DNA of 63,104 nucleotides, filler included, from Stramenopiles sp. TOSAG23-3 (Eukaryota), in the NCBI GenBank assembly GCA_900128585.1. It is 5 parts of 5 records of this genome, joined end to end, with 100 filler letters (N's around TTAATTAATTAA, not from the genome) between each part and the next. Parts side by side here need not be neighbours in the genome. Positions count along the whole stretch, not along the records: positions 50,593 to 63,104 come from LT642683.1; 4 more parts are not named here. The stretch is one strand, 5' to 3'. A program made the position numbers and the translations under genes. The notes beneath the pieces are model-generated. The model was not told where the DNA came from. It did not search any database and saw only the letters and a list, made by a program, of their open reading frames with translations. Of the stretch, positions 61,381 through 63,104 are shown one piece after another; position 1 is the stretch's first letter; each line of letters begins with the position of its first letter.

Positions 61381-62388
61381 TTAATGCAGGGTTTTTCTGC
61401 TTGGTTCCGGGACGACTTCGTTCACTTCGAACACAGAACTTACACCGGCCAACCCCTTTCCCTTCTTTCTTAAATACGGCAAACTTAATTCTTCCTTCCG
61501 TAATTTTCTAGCTAATTTCTCCTCCTCCGTCAACTCTACACCGTCGCGCTTCATAGGCTTGGGCATCTCGTTTTTCTTCTCTTCGCCTGACAGAATGTAT
61601 CGTTTCGACGCCATCTCCTTGTACTGCGCATACGTTATTTGCTGATCGCCAAAGGTCGGCTTTGAGCCAGCGTGGTGGTCATTGTCGTCGTGGTTTTCTT
61701 TCTTACCGCCAGCCCCGTGGTTGTCTGGGTTTAGTTTGCACACACGAAGCATTGCGTACCTGGTTTGATCCTCTGTAAATCTACGATTCTTTTTCAAGCT
61801 ATCTTTGGCTTCGGAAAGCGTAATCTTACCTTCTGCTTGAAGCATGTGAAACGATATAACGTTGTGCAGCGCGTACGGTTCTAGTCCAGTCTTGTCTTGG
61901 CGGTTTCGCTGGTACGTCAATTGGAACTCGTCCCAGTTGACATGCCCATCCATCGACTCGTCGACTTCAAAAATCATGCGTTCCACTTCTTCTCTAATTT
62001 TTTCACTTTTGTAGTCGTACAGCGTTTCTAAGAGGCAAATTAAATCCTCTGCTGAAACGCGGGAATCTCGCCTACTTTCTATTTCGAACAGCTTCCCGTT
62101 TATTAACTTCTTCTTTTCCGACAGCACGTCGATCTCCTCGACGATTTCTTCCATCGACATTTCGTGGTGGTCGGCTGCTGAACTAGACACGCTGACGACA
62201 AGACCGTCTTTGTTTCGCATGTGCGTGAGCATCGAGAGCCTACTCTGCAGCGGCTTCAATTGCACCTCTAGTTCGTGCTTTACTTTATAATTCTGGAGGT
62301 TAAGAAATGCTCTGTGCATCGAGTCGACAAGGAGTCCATGCATTGCTGCGGTTTTACGGGAATTTCCATTTTGAGGAGAATTGTGCAT
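61381..62388 (-). CDS. EF-hand calcium-binding protein with a coiled-coil insert
   Basis: Canonical EF-hand loop MIFEVDESMDGHVNWDEF followed by DKTGLEP. Confidence 0.8.
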   Translation of the reverse strand: MHNSPQNGNSRKTAAMHGLLVDSMHRAFLNLQNYKVKHELEVQLKPLQSRLSMLTHMRNKDGLVVSVSSSAADHHEMSMEEIVEEIDVLSEKKKLINGKLFEIESRRDSRVSAEDLICLLETLYDYKSEKIREEVERMIFEVDESMDGHVNWDEFQLTYQRNRQDKTGLEPYALHNVISFHMLQAEGKITLSEAKDSLKKNRRFTEDQTRYAMLRVCKLNPDNHGAGGKKENHDDNDHHAGSKPTFGDQQITYAQYKEMASKRYILSGEEKKNEMPKPMKRDGVELTEEEKLARKLRKEELSLPYLRKKGKGLAGVSSVFEVNEVVPEPSRKTLH

Positions 62389-63025
62389 TGTTGCTGTATG
62401 TGGTGTTAACGGGTTACAACTAGTGTTTTTGAAAGTTCAATATAAAAAAAAATACAAAACAAAACGAAACTGTCCAGATCGATAAAAGAATCGATCGAAA
62501 GAGCTTTTAAAGACAAAAACACCGCCAACCAAGAAACAAAAATGTACGAAATCGATGACGATTCTGGAAAAGGACAGGAGAAACAGGTCAAAATGAAACG
62601 TGGTTAGAAACCAGAGTATACAACCCAACAAGTCCAAAAAGAATGAACTACTTCAAATACAGTTCAAAGTTCGCACCGTCCCGTCGGTGGTTGGTGTCGT
62701 CATCCGTCATCACCACCTACGAATATATCATATACTATTATATTACGTTGTATTATTACATAGTTTATCATCCAAATAAGTATAAGTGAATAAGGGGAGG
62801 AGGAGGGAAGGAAGGGGTGGGGAAAAAAGGTATGTTATAATATGAAGACAGCATCTCAAATACTTTCATAAAAATTATATTATTTTTAAAAATAATAACG
62901 TTTCTTCAAGAAAACGATTAGTCCTATAATATAGACTATGATAGGAATATACATAAATGTAAAGAGAATATGATATAACAGTTCTTCTCTTTTTTTTAAT
63001 TTTTAGAAGTTGTGAAACCGAAAAA

Positions 63026-63104
63026 CGTATTACCAAAACACAAAAACAACTTGCTTGCAGTAGTATATATTAATATTTATCAATAGAGGGGAGTGTCTTC
63101 TCTT
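63026..63104 (-). repeat. 79-bp inverted terminal repeat of scaffold 5, right copy
   Basis: Exact reverse complement of 50593-50671. Confidence 0.95.

Overview
This window is eukaryotic, and it is not one locus. It is five unrelated scaffolds of about 12.5 kb, sorted by decreasing length (1-12572, 12673-25236, 25337-37867, 37968-50492, 50593-63104). They are joined by artificial N44-TTAATTAATTAA-N44 linkers, so gene adjacency means something only within a scaffold. Genes are long and apparently intronless, with AT-rich spacers. The content (CFAP58, formin, secreted GH27 and GH59 galactosidases, an ML-domain protein, giant Cys-rich multi-pass receptors) suggests a flagellated phagotrophic protist. 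A stramenopile or other picoeukaryote single-cell genome is my inference only. Scaffolds 1 and 5 end in exact 79-bp inverted repeats that look like assembly or amplification artefacts. Best leads: (1) an organellar-type IF2 fused in frame to two CCCH zinc fingers and a KH domain; (2) a head-to-head pair of ankyrin plus polycystin-2-like channels; (3) a beta-helix/Cys-rich/7TM receptor family whose extracellular modules occur in all four head/core combinations, suggesting module shuffling; (4) a dispersed non-coding element found shortly downstream of six genes in the sense orientation. All family calls come from motif recognition by eye; no searches were run.
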